In this document: positions 38,500 through 51,311 of the stretch, piece by piece
Layout of the letters: every line of letters starts with the position of its first letter
Position numbering within the stretch: the first letter of the stretch is position 1
NCBI GenBank assembly: GCA_036172245.1
Contig: JAYWIR010000031.1
Location: 2,666,001 to 2,719,394, forward strand
From: Raillietiella orientalis
Lineage: Eukaryota
Reading direction: 5' to 3'
Length of the DNA: 53,394 nucleotides
Program-made: the position numbers and the translations under genes
The notes under the pieces: model-generated
Told to the model about the DNA's origin: nothing
Database searches by the model: none
What the model saw: the letters and a program-made list of their open reading frames with translations, nothing else

Positions 38500-41400
38500 T
38501 GGTTCTTCAAACACATCTTCCACTGAGGACTTAGAGGGTTGCACAACTGCAGCGGTGTAACCTGAGAAAAAACCGTTCTTTTGGTTTCTCTAATCGAAGA
38601 AATTCACGCTGTCTCCGCTGTTGCGGATAGAGGATCTGTTATGAAGCTGCTGTATTTCCTAAATTTCTTTGCTGTTTTAGATCTGTACTCTCGATGTCCC
38701 GCTGCAGTAAATTTTGTTAGAAGCTATACTTTTATCTATCTTGATAAACAAGACATTGCGATAGCGGGTTTCCATACGAGGCCATAATTGCAGCAGCCTT
38801 CAAGCATGCAGCGAACTTTCAGACGTTATCATCTGAATGCAGGAGCAAGAAAGCGCATCGCTGGCCCGGCGCTCTAGTACAATACTCAACCTTCTCACAT
38901 AGAGTAATTACTTTGGTTTATTAGCATACTTGGTTTTTCATGTGTCCTTTTCCAAATATTCCTAAGGTCATCCTTGCATTGTGGATGCATAGTGGTATGT
39001 GTTTCTTGCATGCGCAAAAATGCTCTTGAGGACTCCCAAGACTAAGATGCATGGTCATCTAGCGACCGTGATTTCCATTTCATTGCATCCATGTTTGCAT
39101 AGGAGCAAACTCGCTCGCTTTCTGAGAATCAAAAATCATGAGCCCTACCCAGGAAATCTCGCACACACATCTGGTTTGTTGTATTCGTACTCAGGAACTG
39201 TAAGACTTGCCAAAAGCAAGTCTTACCGTTTCTGAATTTCCTGCTCATGTGGCCTACATGTGTTGCTCCTGCACCAGAAGCGTTCCGTGTACACGGTGGA
39301 TTACGCCTTGCCCCATTTCCACAGGTGTCAGGAGATAAACAGATCCAAACCTCCTCTTTAGTTTCCATGTCCACGGCAGATAGTTTGTTTTGCTCGTGGC
39401 TCCATGTATCATTGGTATGCTCTTTCCCACCATCCACGTTTTTCATCAAAGCTCTCTTCTTGCACCTTGAGGCTCGTGTGCACCAGTAAACAGAGCAAGA
39501 CGCTCTAACGCACCGAAGATTCCTGTGATGAATCGTTGCAGGGTCACATTGGCGAGTGTGCAGTTTTTTCAAACCACCAGGGTGCCGCATTTGCCGGTAA
39601 GCATTCCTTCTTCAAGAGGCTGTGAATGAAGATGCAAATGATTCATCCTTTGCAGCGCACATGGATGTATAGGAAAATTTTGCTTCTTCGTCAATGGAGC
39701 TGCTGAGGTGTCGCGTGTTATGCCGTGGAAAGCTGACCGAATTTTTTCCATAATGCTGAACTTCAAAATCCTTGAAAGAATTTCGAAAACAATTTAAGAA
39801 AATTAAGATATGATTGATGCATACAATGGATTGCGTATTCATTAGTCCCGGTTGCAATACAGGGTGAATGCTCTCCTCGATTAAAGGCACTCCAAAGGTA
39901 GAGCAATGGATCCGAAGGACAATGGGCAAATGACAAATGCTGCAATAAGAGAAGACATCCGTCTTTCGCCTTGCTTGAGATCCAGTATTGCTGCATACAT
40001 AAGAACCGCGGCTGGAGAATTCGGACTCAGCATTCCGGAAATGTCATTTGCCCCATGTATGGCCTTCCTGCAAGAGAGTCTGCATGGGATCTATGGCAGC
40101 AGAAATGAAAGCTTCTTCTTCTTGTATTAGCCTTTTTCCACCTGTTTAGCAACTCGGAAGCAGAACAACAAATGTGCAAGCGCTAGCGCTCAGAAAGTTG
40201 AGTTGTTCCTCCCTTCTGCTCATGAATAAAACAAAACTAATTTCAATCTGCGCTTACACCCCTGAATATGCCTGTCAAGATACGCAGAAAGGTCTCGTGG
40301 GATTCCAAAACACCACGTGTTTTTCATGTCTGGAGCTTCGTTCCCTGTGAGGCGATGTTGCTCAGCTGTTTTACCGGCGCTCTGAATATTTTAAATAGCG
40401 TGTTTATTCAGTCTAAGATTCTCCTTCGTTTGGGGAGTCGTAGAGAAATATTGTATATCGGTATGAAGATTTTATGGTTGGGACTTTGCCCAGATTGCCT
40501 TCCACTGCTCTGATTAAGATTTCGCATAAACGACTGAGTGAGCGAACAAGGATGAGACTCTTTCTAAAGTTACTGTCGAAAAAACCATTCCATTTACTGT
40601 CCTCAACACCGTGTCATCCAGATCGATCATGCGATACATTATCATGAATTTTGAACATCACTTAATTCACAATATTATTCTCAAAGATTTATTTGTGGTT
40701 TTGCTTAGCTCTAAATGAAAAACATTTTCTCCTTTTCAGTGCAATTACTTGAAATTTTCAGATAGTCCCTAGAAAACATTCAATGTTCACGAGGACTTTG
40801 ACCTCATTTTCTTCCTTATTATCATTTTTGTCCTTTCCGATTTTTACCCGACATCAGCAAAAGCAGCTCGGAAGAAAGCATAACCACAGTAGTTGCCAGT
40901 ATAAACGCAGTCATAGGAATGTTCCTTATCCTCGAAGCAACGAAGCATACTTTTCGAAAGAAGTCTCACCTTTATACTTCTCTCGCTTCTCAATTGGGAG
41001 AATGACACCAAGGATTTGAATGGTTTACTACTTACTTTAGCATGGAAGCATCCCTATGATAATCTTCAGCGAAACACCTTGAGCAAACAGCTAAGCAACG
41101 TACCATATCTTTAAGCTCCTATTAATCACATTTAGGCTTGTTTTCACCTTTCAACCCTGGTTTCTCCTCCCTGAATCGAACTCACTTTTCATTAGTACGC
41201 AGTATTTCCGCATACAAACTTTCCATATATTAATAGTAGCAGTAGTGATCAACGGCTTCCCGATATGCCTCTCTCTGTTCCCAACTTCGTTTCAGCGGAT
41301 AAAGTGAGCATAAGGAATTGAGAGGGAGAAAAGTGGACGAAGCGCACAGAAGGATGCTCGCAACATCCATTGCTGCAGTCAAACCTTTCTTTCTGTTCCA

Positions 41401-42750
41401 GAAAAGAGTTCTCCCATTTGTTATTCCACCTTTCGCATCAGCTTCGAATTGGCTGCTGCTCTCCGCGAACATCAGGAAGAAATGATGCAGCGGACCACAC
41501 ATACATAAGCGCTCACAAGCATGAGAGGAGTACGCAGCTCATGAAGAGGAATCTTGAGTTTTCTCTTCGATCCTGAAGAAAAAAAATTCTGAGAAATCTG
41601 CTAGCATGCATGGAGATGATGTGTTTGTGTTTTGACAACAACCATATTGCGGTACTTACGCAAGGGGTTCGCCTGTTGTGCTCCCTCGATCAACTATAAA
41701 TTGACCGACTCCGCACCACATTCTAAGAAAGGAACTTCAGTTCTTCTAATATCTGAGTGCGTTCTTCTTTTTGCTTCAGAGAGGAAGTGCAGAGGAATTT
41801 CGGCATAATGATGCTTCCAAATGTGCGTATGGGGTTAGCTTCTTTCAAATTCTCAAGTGCTAATGAAGTTATTATGGAGGAAATGTCTGATGATTATGCA
41901 GACAACCTGTTGGGCGGGTAGGGCGTTTTGATGGTGAACGTTCGCGAAACACCGAATGCAAACCAGCAAGCATACCGCAACTTGAAAAATGCACGCTAGG
42001 GCCTACTCTCATGCGAAACGCTCCCTCTCGAGGATTTACGAAAATTCGCCCTTCCTAAGCTGGCGAAGGAATGGCTCTTTCGTGTTTCTGAATTCAAAGG
42101 CGAAGATGTATTGCAAAATGCCGCCCCATTCTGCGGTTTCGTACCTCTCCTCGATGGGTGCAACTGTAAGGTATACGCTGACCAAGTGAGAGGTTTTACC
42201 TTATGTCAACATCGTCGAAAACACACTCGTACGGTGATAGATATGCAAGAGCAGGGGATTGGAACAACGGAAATATTTGCTTCACATTTATTACTGTCAA
42301 GGTAGCTCCAGAGGAAAGAATCTTCGAAGCTTGAAAAATTAAACTCATCTCTGCATACTGAAGGTGGAAACGCCAAATAGGATAAAGATACAACACGCGT
42401 TATTTAGAATACGGGGAGTATTGAAGCAATCACGTTGTGCAATGGTCTTTCTGCTATGTTGAAGCACAACTCCCTTTTTTCGAGAGTTTCCATGTGCATT
42501 TGAGATCGAGGCGAGAATAGTGATTGACTTTCCCAGCCTCCAATCTGGACCTCTGCCCGCCATGCACAACATAGTAGAAGGTTTTCGTTTTGAGAAATTT
42601 CACGTTTCAGTGGCTGCTGATGGTGATGGCAGTTTTCTGCCTTAAAATAAACAACGCTGAGAGGAATCCATTGATGTTACGACAGATTGTTAACGAAGTC
42701 ACGTTTGCGGATCCCAGAGGAAAGTGTTCATTCACCCCAGTGACGGTATC
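38500..42750 (-). mobile_element. Heavily decayed CR1/L2-type LINE ORF2 remnant
   Basis: Colinear degenerate motifs on the minus strand: LTICRNINGF (~42680, EN start), QWKA..KV.P (~40490), VLMYA (~40000, YADD site), KDF(G)V..VSF..H (~39750), ARMTLG (~38970), and NYGLVWKP plus an IE(R)VQ-like motif (~38690-38790). Confidence 0.45.
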
Positions 42751-43845
42751 TCCATGGGGACCGTGCGAGGTAGCATGGAGTTCGGATAAGTTGCCTACAC
42801 CTCAAACGCACTCTTGTTCAGTGACGGTGACGGTAAGGAGGCAGTGCACATGCAGAAAGATTACATCGTTTTTCTTAGTCGTTTTATGGAGCTCCGTTGA
42901 ATGTATCAATCTATCCTTACTTCCTGAAAGGACCATGTACTTGCAAAGTGACACCTGAATTCGAGTAAGACACCTTCCTAATTAAGCATTCCAACATCAG
43001 CTTCCCTCCCGCATAAATAACGCATCCGTGTTTCCTTATGCTTTGGACATGCACTTACTCTTTAAACTTCCGCTTTTTCTGCTGCTTCCATGACGGCATA
43101 ACCGCCAGCCTGGATAGAAGCATCTGCCACAAATTGATAAGGCATGAAAGCAATACGCTCGGTTTCGACTTAGGTCGTATTTGCATCATCTAACATCGAA
43201 ACTCGGAAACCAATCGAACCTAAATTTTTAATTTCCCAGCGCTACCTTAGTCTCCCGAAATTGTCAGTTTTCTGCTCAAAACCCTTGTACTTTGCTTCCA
43301 AAATGCGCAAATCTATGAGAGGGTTTGGGCAACCTTCCCACAAAAATGAGCCGATGAGCCTTCAGGAATGTGAGCAACATTGAAAATGCGCAACCACTTT
43401 GCAATCGCAAGGAAACCTTTTTTCTTAAACACAATCTTTCAGGGACTCGGATGGAAAAGCTGTCATCGTGGTTCCAACGCCATTTTATGTCAATTGCACG
43501 TTTGGGAAAGACTCCCTTTGCCTTTTGGATTTTATAAAAACTGCTGAGATCCAAGAAAACCAAAATCATGAGTAGAGAAAACAGCCTTTCATGTTTTTTG
43601 GCTTGTAGTGAAGAAATGAACTGAAAATAAACATACTGTTAAGATTCATGTCTACTTGCTGCTTGTGCCGTGCTGATGAATGAAAGTCACTATTCGTCGT
43701 GCAAGGTGACGGTTTAATGATGACCTCAACATTTTACCAAGAAAACACAGACAAAATCACAGCCTTTAAAATATTCGTTTGCAAGAAAAAGAATCCAATT
43801 TTTCCAATGCAATTAGCAATTTTTGAAATTGGCTCCCCCAAGGCG

Positions 43846-44094
43846 TCATGAGAATCCTAATGGTGATAGAATAATACGAAATTCAACCCTTACCTTTTGT
43901 AGAGATACCATTGCTTTGCCTGCGCGTCTACAATAGTCTTGACCAAAAGGATGCCTACTGTAAAGTGTCCGAATCTTGGTGGGAACCGGAGACGTTAGGA
44001 GCCACCTACGCAGAGATAAGGGTTCCGCCTGAAGAAGTCTCATTCGAGAAGTCGATGTTTCTGAAGCATAACTACACGAAGATGTAAAGACCAA
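43846..44094 (-). mobile_element. Short RTE-like LINE C-terminal remnant
   Basis: SYASETS...RLLQAEPLSLRRWL resembles the RTE post-RT motif TYxSETW...FExxCLRRIL. Confidence 0.35.
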
Positions 44095-44299
44095 TCATCG
44101 AACGGCTCCCTCAAAGAGCTCACCACACACTAGAGAGCATTATAGTGGAATTGAAAATGTATTTCGTTTTTACTCTGGTGTATAAAAGTGGTGCTCTCTT
44201 GAACTCAATTGACCGGTAAAGAAGTTTACTCCAATCATAGGGGCAATCAAGTCATTTGAAATTCTGAAAGACTCGCTATATAATTGAAAGCCGCGAAAT

Positions 44300-45650
44300 T
44301 CCATGTATCAGGTTTTCATGATAATTTGCAACGGGACACGGAGGCACATCAGGAACGTCGCCATAAAATGTCCCTGGGTATGCCTCCGTCTATGTTCAGG
44401 ATCGTAGCAAAGCCATCCCAGAGGAGGAAGAAAGCGATGCAGTTCACAAGAAAGTGGGGAAAGTTCCCTCGTATCCGCACCGTGCAGACAGGGCATCTCC
44501 ATTTCCATTAGTCCAGTGGGTGAGGCGTACTTTGCAGGGTGATCTCCAGTGCAAAACGAGTAACATCATCTCCTCTGACTTCGGCGGAAGGGAGCCAATG
44601 TTCCAACACGCTCGGGGCCACTTCACCTCCTCCGGAGGTAATGCGAGTAGCTCGCCCCAACGTAAAAGTTCATAGGGCGGGACACACGGGTTCGCAGCTT
44701 CCGCTAACTGCAGAGATGCTCGCGCCTGTATCGATGGAGTCCCGGTGACCATGAAGCTGGACACTTTCCGAATTCACTGCTTGTTACTGTATTTAAAGTA
44801 CACTAAATAAGGCAGCACTGGAACATGAGGGATAACCTGCTCCCACAGAAGCTTGCTTCGGGATTGCACGAATTACTGCAGCGTCTAGAGAGCGTGCCCC
44901 CTCAGGCAACTGTTTCTTGTATCGCTCGGGACGTGGATCTTTTCTCACGTGAAGACTGACTACCACAGCCATGCGGAGTAGTTTCCGGGAAGATCGAAGG
45001 TTCAGGCGTTCTCCCGAAACGCAACTTCCATTCGCTGCAGCTGCGGTCCCCATTGGGTGAGCCTGCCTCAGAGCTTCTTCAGAAAAGCGGAAGTCCTCCG
45101 GATCCTGAGGCTCGTTACGATAAGTGCCTTGCTTTGTCGCACCAAGGCTTGTCCCATAATTCCGAGCAAGGGCAAGAGTCCAGAATCGGAGCTAAAGCTT
45201 CTGGAGCTCGAAACTGAGGAGGCGAATTCTTACGTCCCCTCGTGGAGCACGCAAGTCTTTTAACCGCAAGCGGGAACTCCCTTTGCCCCACAGTACTGTT
45301 CACAGAAGGACCGCTGCTCTCCTTTCCATGAAGTAAGGGGTAGGCAAACAAAAAGCAGGGAGCAGAAGAAGAACACCGGAAATGCGATTAAAACCATCAC
45401 CCGTTCCTGCAATTAAAACCTGCCTTCGTGCAACGAATCAAACGCCAACGATGACTTTTGGAGACGGTCGGATCAGTCTCCTGCTGCGCCGAACTCCATC
45501 AACGAAATACCAGCATAATTGAAGCACCTGCCCGTGAGGATCCCCAATCGGATTCCGTCCAGCCACCCAGCCCACGTGCAGTCGACAAAAGGATGAACGA
45601 CTTCGTTCCGTTCAGCTGCAGGCTAGTCCCACAGCGTCGCAATTCACGCT
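44300..45650 (-). mobile_element. Tx1 LINE fragment T11: ORF2 RT end to Zn-finger region, diverged subfamily
   Basis: IRLGILTGRCFNY (RT7 region) and VKWPRACWNIGSLPPKSEEMMLLVLHWRSPCKVRLTHW...ARCG. Confidence 0.75.
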
Positions 45651-45654
45651 CTCA

Positions 45655-46722
45655 AAGAAATCCTCGAGCGCGGACATTGAATTCCCCTGTTATCAGATGA
45701 GTCTTCCGCACGTCCGTATCCACCAGCCAGTCGCCATCAAAGGTTTTCTGCAACACATTCCGATCATTGCAACTCCGCCTGACTCTGGTAGCGTTTGTGA
45801 CGATGAGATCGATCGAGTCGGACCATGAGTGAGTCAGTTGGCCGACCCGACTGTCGTCCTCAAAGTGCGGGCCCTTCACGGCAGCGTCGACGGCTGGCTC
45901 GACAAAGAACACGACCTCACAGGTGTTCCGGGCGCCGCAGCGGTAGTGCAACCAATCCCTCGCGATAGCTTCGAGCTCCTGGGCGTCTGCTACAATGATC
46001 TCGTGGATCTCCTGCAGGTGGAGCGCCAGGTCGAAGTCACGCAGGATGACGGCTGTGTGCCGTCTCTTGCCATGGTTGCGCAGCCCGTTGACTTTCCAAC
46101 AGGCCACGCGGATCTGATGGGGACAGGCGAGTCCAGGTTTTATGCATCGGAACCTGGCGGTGTAGCTCCCGTCACCTGATGGGGCGGGACTCTAGAAGGG
46201 GGTGGCTTTTCGCCCATCTGCTTACCCTCCTCCATACGTGCGGACGTCTCCGGCTCCTAGCACGAAGGTGATGTTTCGCCAACCTGTACGCCCACCTCCA
46301 TGGATGCGGACTGTTCAGCTCGGCGCATGCAGGAGTGCTTCTCTCCCTTGCACACACCTCACTATGGGAATCTCCTGCTCGCCGGCTTTCGCGCGCGGGA
46401 GATCCAAGTCTTGTGCTCTCACGCTGACGTGTATGTCCACGGCTTCCATTTCATCCCCGACGCTCGGAGCTGAAATGCACCTCCTCGGCTTCTCGGACTT
46501 CCATCCTGATTTCCGCGAAGGTGCCTCCGAGGAGGACAACAAACTTCCGGCCTTGCAGGTCGGACTCACCTGCGGGGGCCACTTTTGCCGGTGCCAGCCT
46601 ACGCACCTTCTTCCGCGAGGCGTTCTGACGCTCGCCGAGCGTTGCTGCCAGCTCCTCCGCCGCCTACTCGAAGGCCGCATCCTCGCTGCCGGCGAGCTTG
46701 TCGCGCGACTGAGCCTCTCCGT
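45655..46722 (-). mobile_element. Tx1 LINE fragment T12: ORF1 tail plus endonuclease N-half
   Basis: ORF 45652-46107 ACWKVNGLR..LQEIH..NTCEVVFFV..ITGEFN; ORF1 stop TAA at 46142-46140. Confidence 0.88.
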
Positions 46723-47700
46723 TTGCACCCGCATATGCCGGACCATTTATTTTTTCAAATAAATATACAGTTAATTTTCGCATGGTGAACCCAAGGGCTC
46801 ACCAAATCAAGACAGCCTGCTGCTTGCCGGTGTTCGACCGGCGAGGTCCTTCCGTGGCGAGGGGCTAGGAAGAAGGAAACAAAAAGAAACAAATAGTTCC
46901 AACGTGGAGAGGGCAAATGCATTTTGAGTATCGGAGGGCGGGGAAGAAATCACAGTGCGCGTCTAGGGGTCCCTTTGTTCCTGTTTAGGATCCTAGCAAG
47001 CTGCGTTCTGCTAGCGTCCAAGTTGGGTTACCTGGAAATGTTCTTCACAAAGATGCATGACCGATGGATGGCATCCTTGCCATTTCGGCCTCTTCTCCTG
47101 GATGCGTTCCAGGTCGACACGATTGCGCAAATGCAGCATAGCACTGCAACAAACGCGGCTGGAGGAAGGTCGGCTCTCGTGAACAGGCGCGTGAAGATGT
47201 CCCTGCGGCTGCCTCCGGGAATGTTCAGCATCGTCGAATGACGAACTCAAAGCGGGCGGAAGGCGATGCAGTCCACAATAAGGTAGGGAAATATTCCTTT
47301 TTTACCACACAGATCGTAAGGTGGAACCACAGACTCACGTGTGCAGTGAGAGAGGCGTGCTTCGAAGTGTAAACCCAATATAAAACAAGCAACGCCACCT
47401 CCTGCCATTCCAAAAAGAGAGAACCACTGTTCCAGGATGCTAAGGGCCACTTCATCTCCTCCGGAGATAGTCCGAGTAGCTCGTTCTAGCATAAAATTCC
47501 GTTGGGCGTTACACTCGCCGTCTCAGCTGCCGAGATGTCCATTCCTTTCTCACTTTTGCACCATGGACGACAGGACACAACACTTTCCATTTCTATAGCT
47601 CGCTGCTGTCCCTGGAGTTCTCAAGGAAGGGCAGCATTGGGGCAAATGGGGTAATGAGAACCCTTAAAAGCTTATCGTGAGACTGCAAGATCTCATGCAG
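46722..47700 (-). mobile_element. Tx1 LINE fragment T13: ORF2 C-terminus plus 3' UTR and terminus
   Basis: DIFTRLFTRADLPPAAFVAVLCCICAIVSTW is homologous to T5/T9; stop at ~46952-46950; AATAAATGGTCCGG..GCGGGTGCAAA end. Confidence 0.8.
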
Positions 47701-47749
47701 CGTCCAGGGGGCGTCTTTTTAGGCAAGTGTTTATTGTGCTTTCCAAAAC

Positions 47750-48240
47750 GTGGACCTTTTCCACGTGGAGACTGACTAGTGTAGCCATCCAGAGTCGTTA
47801 CCGGGTAGGCACGAGATCCAAGCGTTCTCCCGGACTACAAAGGCCATGCGACGCAGCTGAAAGAGGCAACGCGTTTGTGAGCAGTCGTGCATTGACAGAA
47901 ACGACGAAAGCACGCCGAATCCGGAGGTTCTTTGGGCCAGGAGGCATGATGGAAAGCACCACGAAGTGTCCCACAGTGCCGCCTAAAGGGTGAGAGTCCT
48001 GAAGAGAAGTGGCAGTTCCCGGCGCTTCAGCGCAAGTGGGCCAAGTCCATCGTCCTTGCGTGGGGCGCACAAGTCTCTAAGTCACACGGGACCCTCCATT
48101 GCCCCAAAGACTGTCCAAAGGAGGCCTCCTCTTCTTCCGGAAAAGCGACGGGCGCGGCAGCTCCTGGAGGGCACCGCATTCAGACAGCAAATGCGGAAGC
48201 GATTCCATCGCTCCGCATTTGGCACAGTTCGGGGAAGCAA
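47750..48240 (-). mobile_element. Tx1 LINE fragment T14: ORF1 (type A) middle with Zn knuckles
   Basis: Minus strand reads WFPGDLLPRTVPNAERWNRFRICC and a knuckle-like C..CAEA-GH/..LLQDSH region homologous to 51960-52080. Confidence 0.55.
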
Positions 48241-50158
48241 ATCCCCCGGAAACCAGGTGCGCGCGCTGGTTGCAGTAAAGACCACAATGTACCAGCAGAA
48301 ATGCGCCCTCTTACCAACAAAGGAGGAAGAAAGTCGAGTGCAAACACGCAGAAAAGACCAAAAGTTCTTCGGGCACCGCGAGGAGCTCGCTTCACCGAAG
48401 ATGTCCCCTGGCACGAAAGCGATGTGTGGGCAGCGTCTACCAGCTCGCAACTCCGCCAGTCGCCAAGCGGTCGGGTTTCGCCTGCAATTTCGCAAGCAAA
48501 CTTCCACCTCTCCGGTAAATCACTGTCGTCTCGCACCATCAGTGCACACAGTGCTTCGGCAAGAGGCGTAGCGGCTAAGCTTGTGCGCTGGTTCTGGTCT
48601 TCCAACACCTCTCCCACTGGACAGTATGGGGAAAGGTTCACGCAACGGAGTTCCAAACGTGACACATCCGGTTGCGCTGCCCAGGACGATAAGGATTCCT
48701 GCCTCTAGGCGTTGAGGTTCGTCGGCCGGAAGGAGATCCACGTATGCTTTCCCAGAAGCGAGGCGAGCTGTTTCAAAGGGTAGCCGAATCCTTCCAAAAT
48801 GCACTCCGTGCGCTGGTGCAACCAACGCTGTCAGTCGCCACCCGTGCAGCGCCGTAGCAGCAGCCGCGCTGGAGCACACCAGAAAGTAGTCCAAAGCTAG
48901 GAACGAAGAGCCAGGATGCGGAACTGCACTAGCAATTCCAGGTCAGTATTTCCAATCCAGCAACAAACCGAGGAGCCGCTAAGTCCCTGAGGCGGATCCT
49001 GGACCTCGCCGGTTTCCACAAGGCGTTTCGCAACAGGCGCTCCGCCCGGCGCTTAGCCGAGAAGGGAGGGGGACAAAAAAAAAGGGAACGGAGAAGGGCG
49101 GCAACGAAGGTGAATGAATGCTCGTTCCACATGAATGCTCGTTCCGAAAGGAGGAAACTGCCGCCTTGGAACAGGCCCAGAGCATTCTCGACCTTGTGAA
49201 GGCATTCCGACCACGCTTCTGCTAAACAGAAGGCGCCCAAGGGAACACCAACTTACTTAAAGCACCTGCCCGTGGGGATCCCCAGGGGGATCTAGTCGGA
49301 CTGCCCCTCCCACTTAGAGCCAACCGGTACAACGGTTGATTTCCTCCTGTTGACGATCAGGCCCGCCCCCCGACGAATGAGCTCGAAGAAGTCCTCGAGC
49401 CTGGACGCCAGGGTGGACATGGGCAGCAGCAGGGGAAGGTCGTCAGCATAGGCGGCCACGGCCGGAGTTCCCGGACAGGAGCTCGGCAGGTTGGCCAGCG
49501 TCAGCCTGTACGCCCTCAGCACTAACTGAAAGAAGATGCTGAGGAACAAGGGGCTTAAGCTGTCTCCGTGCCTGATACCCCGCCGTATGGGAATGCCGTA
49601 CACGTGGCGCCCGCTGAAGGAGATACAGCATAACGCGTGGCGCCAGCAGTAGCGCATGTAGGCGATGAGGTGCTTCGGGAGGCCTAGGCGTCCCAGAAGC
49701 TCCAGGAGGTCCTGGTTTACGCTGTCGAACGCTTTGCAGAGATCGAAGGCGACCGCTAAGGCCTTCGGCGTTTCATCGTGCCTTGAACACCGCCGCTTAC
49801 ATTTGGCAGCGGCGATTTCGGCTGCCTGGCTCTGCTGAGCCACGCGCTGCTGCAACTAGAACCACGATCAGGCGAAGAAGAGATTCGCGTCCATGGACCG
49901 CCCCGGAACAGCATACTTCTGCTCCGGACTTACCAAAGACATTCTCTCCAGCCGCGCGACCCAAAGTTTCGAGAACAACTTGAAGTCCGAAGTCACCAAG
50001 GTGATCGGACGGCAGTTGTTGAGGCGGCGCAAATCCCCGCCTTTCGGCAGGAGCCGTCCCCTTGCTGAGCGGAAAGAAGAGGGAACATTTCCCGTCTTCC
50101 GAATCAGAGCAGTTCGCGTACGGACATGCTTTTGCGTCGCTCCGCGGTAGGCTGACTC
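48240..50158 (-). mobile_element. Tx1 LINE fragment T15: ORF2 RT and downstream region, decayed
   Basis: LLPKGGDLRRLNNCRPITLVTSDFKLFSKLW, PGRSMDAN, FDLCKAFD, RRGIRHGDSLSP and AYADD. Confidence 0.92.
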
Positions 50159-50970
50159 TTGTGTGTTTTTGTTCTGCTGTGCTTCTGCGCTGCAATGAGA
50201 GCAAAGAAGAACATCAGCCGCAAGGAGGGAACGGTACCTGCTCCTAAGATGGCGGTTTCGGCTGCTAACAAGGAGCCACTGTCCTCGCCGACGGCGAGGA
50301 CGTTCGCCCAGGTCGCTGCCCTCGCCGCTACTATGGGACCTTCGTCCGACAGCCCTGAGCTGCAGGCATATGTAGCAAATGGCTACACGCCTGCACTCAG
50401 GTATAAGGTAAGTGTCCTTAAGCCTGAGCGGGTTGGCCGCGAGTTTGGCCAGGAACTCCAACGGATTGGAGTTCAGAAAGTCCAGCTGGAGTTCATCATG
50501 TCCATGAGTGGGTGCGGCTACTGGGAGGTGTCCACTAAGGACGCTCTCCTTACGCAGCGTTTGCTGCACACGCCGCTGCTCATTCGTGGGCAGGAAATAC
50601 TCTTCACCACTACGGATCAGTCGTTCGTTGTCCGGCTGAGTGGACTGAGCAAGGGCCTTTCGGACCGACAGGTCGTGGAGGCCCTTGAAAAATTCGCCAC
50701 CGTTCACGCGCTTTGGAGGTTGCCAAACCCTGCTGAGGGTTTCGAAGACCATCACAGCGGGCTCGCGCAAGTGCGAGTGACGATGGTGGATCGCCGGGCA
50801 ATGCCCACGAGATTGCAGGTGGATGAAATGACAGTCCGCCTGTGGTTTGCGGGCAAACGCTGATGTGCGCGGAATGCGGGCAGGAGGGATACCGCCTTAC
50901 GAAGTGTGCCTCGGCCGCTCGCCGTTACTGCCACGAGCCCGGGCACACAAAAGAGACGTGCCCTGAGCTC
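50159..50970 (+). mobile_element. Tx1 LINE fragment T16: ORF1 (type B), RRM-like region and two CCHC knuckles, one frameshift
   Basis: ATG at 50195; TFAQVAA motif, FVVRLSGL..LEKFATV, GLAQVRV and WFAG, then CAECGQEGYRLTKC / YCHEPGHTKETC in the shifted frame. Confidence 0.85.
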
Positions 50971-51311
50971 CTTTTAAAAAACGAAAAGCGCAGAACGAAG
51001 CCCGTATCGCATCGCGAAATAAGCGCCGCGAATGGAGGGGAAAAAACCTCAAAACTTCGGAGAGCGTTGCTAAAACCGCGAGCGTGCATGCGCAGAAAAC
51101 TCTTTCTCCCCTCCACAAAAAAGGGGAGAAAAACATGGAAAAACGCGTCGCGGCGAAGCCTTAGGCTACCAAGCCGACGGAAGCTCGCGAGCATTGCGAC
51201 CCAACCCTGAGAGCTCGTTGGGGACGGACGTGTTTTTCCTTCGCTCCCGAGAGAGTCGAAAAAAAGGCGCTTTCTCTTGGTTCGTTTTGTGTGGAACATC
51301 GTTGGTGTCCG

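Noticed and set aside
42590..42958. Plus-strand ORF with a signal-like start and TSP1-like SPWGPC motif
   Set aside because: The opposite strand carries the LINE endonuclease start (LTICRNINGF) colinear with other decayed LINE motifs; likely a shadow ORF.
49868..50770. 300-aa ORF ending in RT motifs
   Set aside because: Accidental read-through from antisense ORF1-B into T15 RT across the junction; not a gene.
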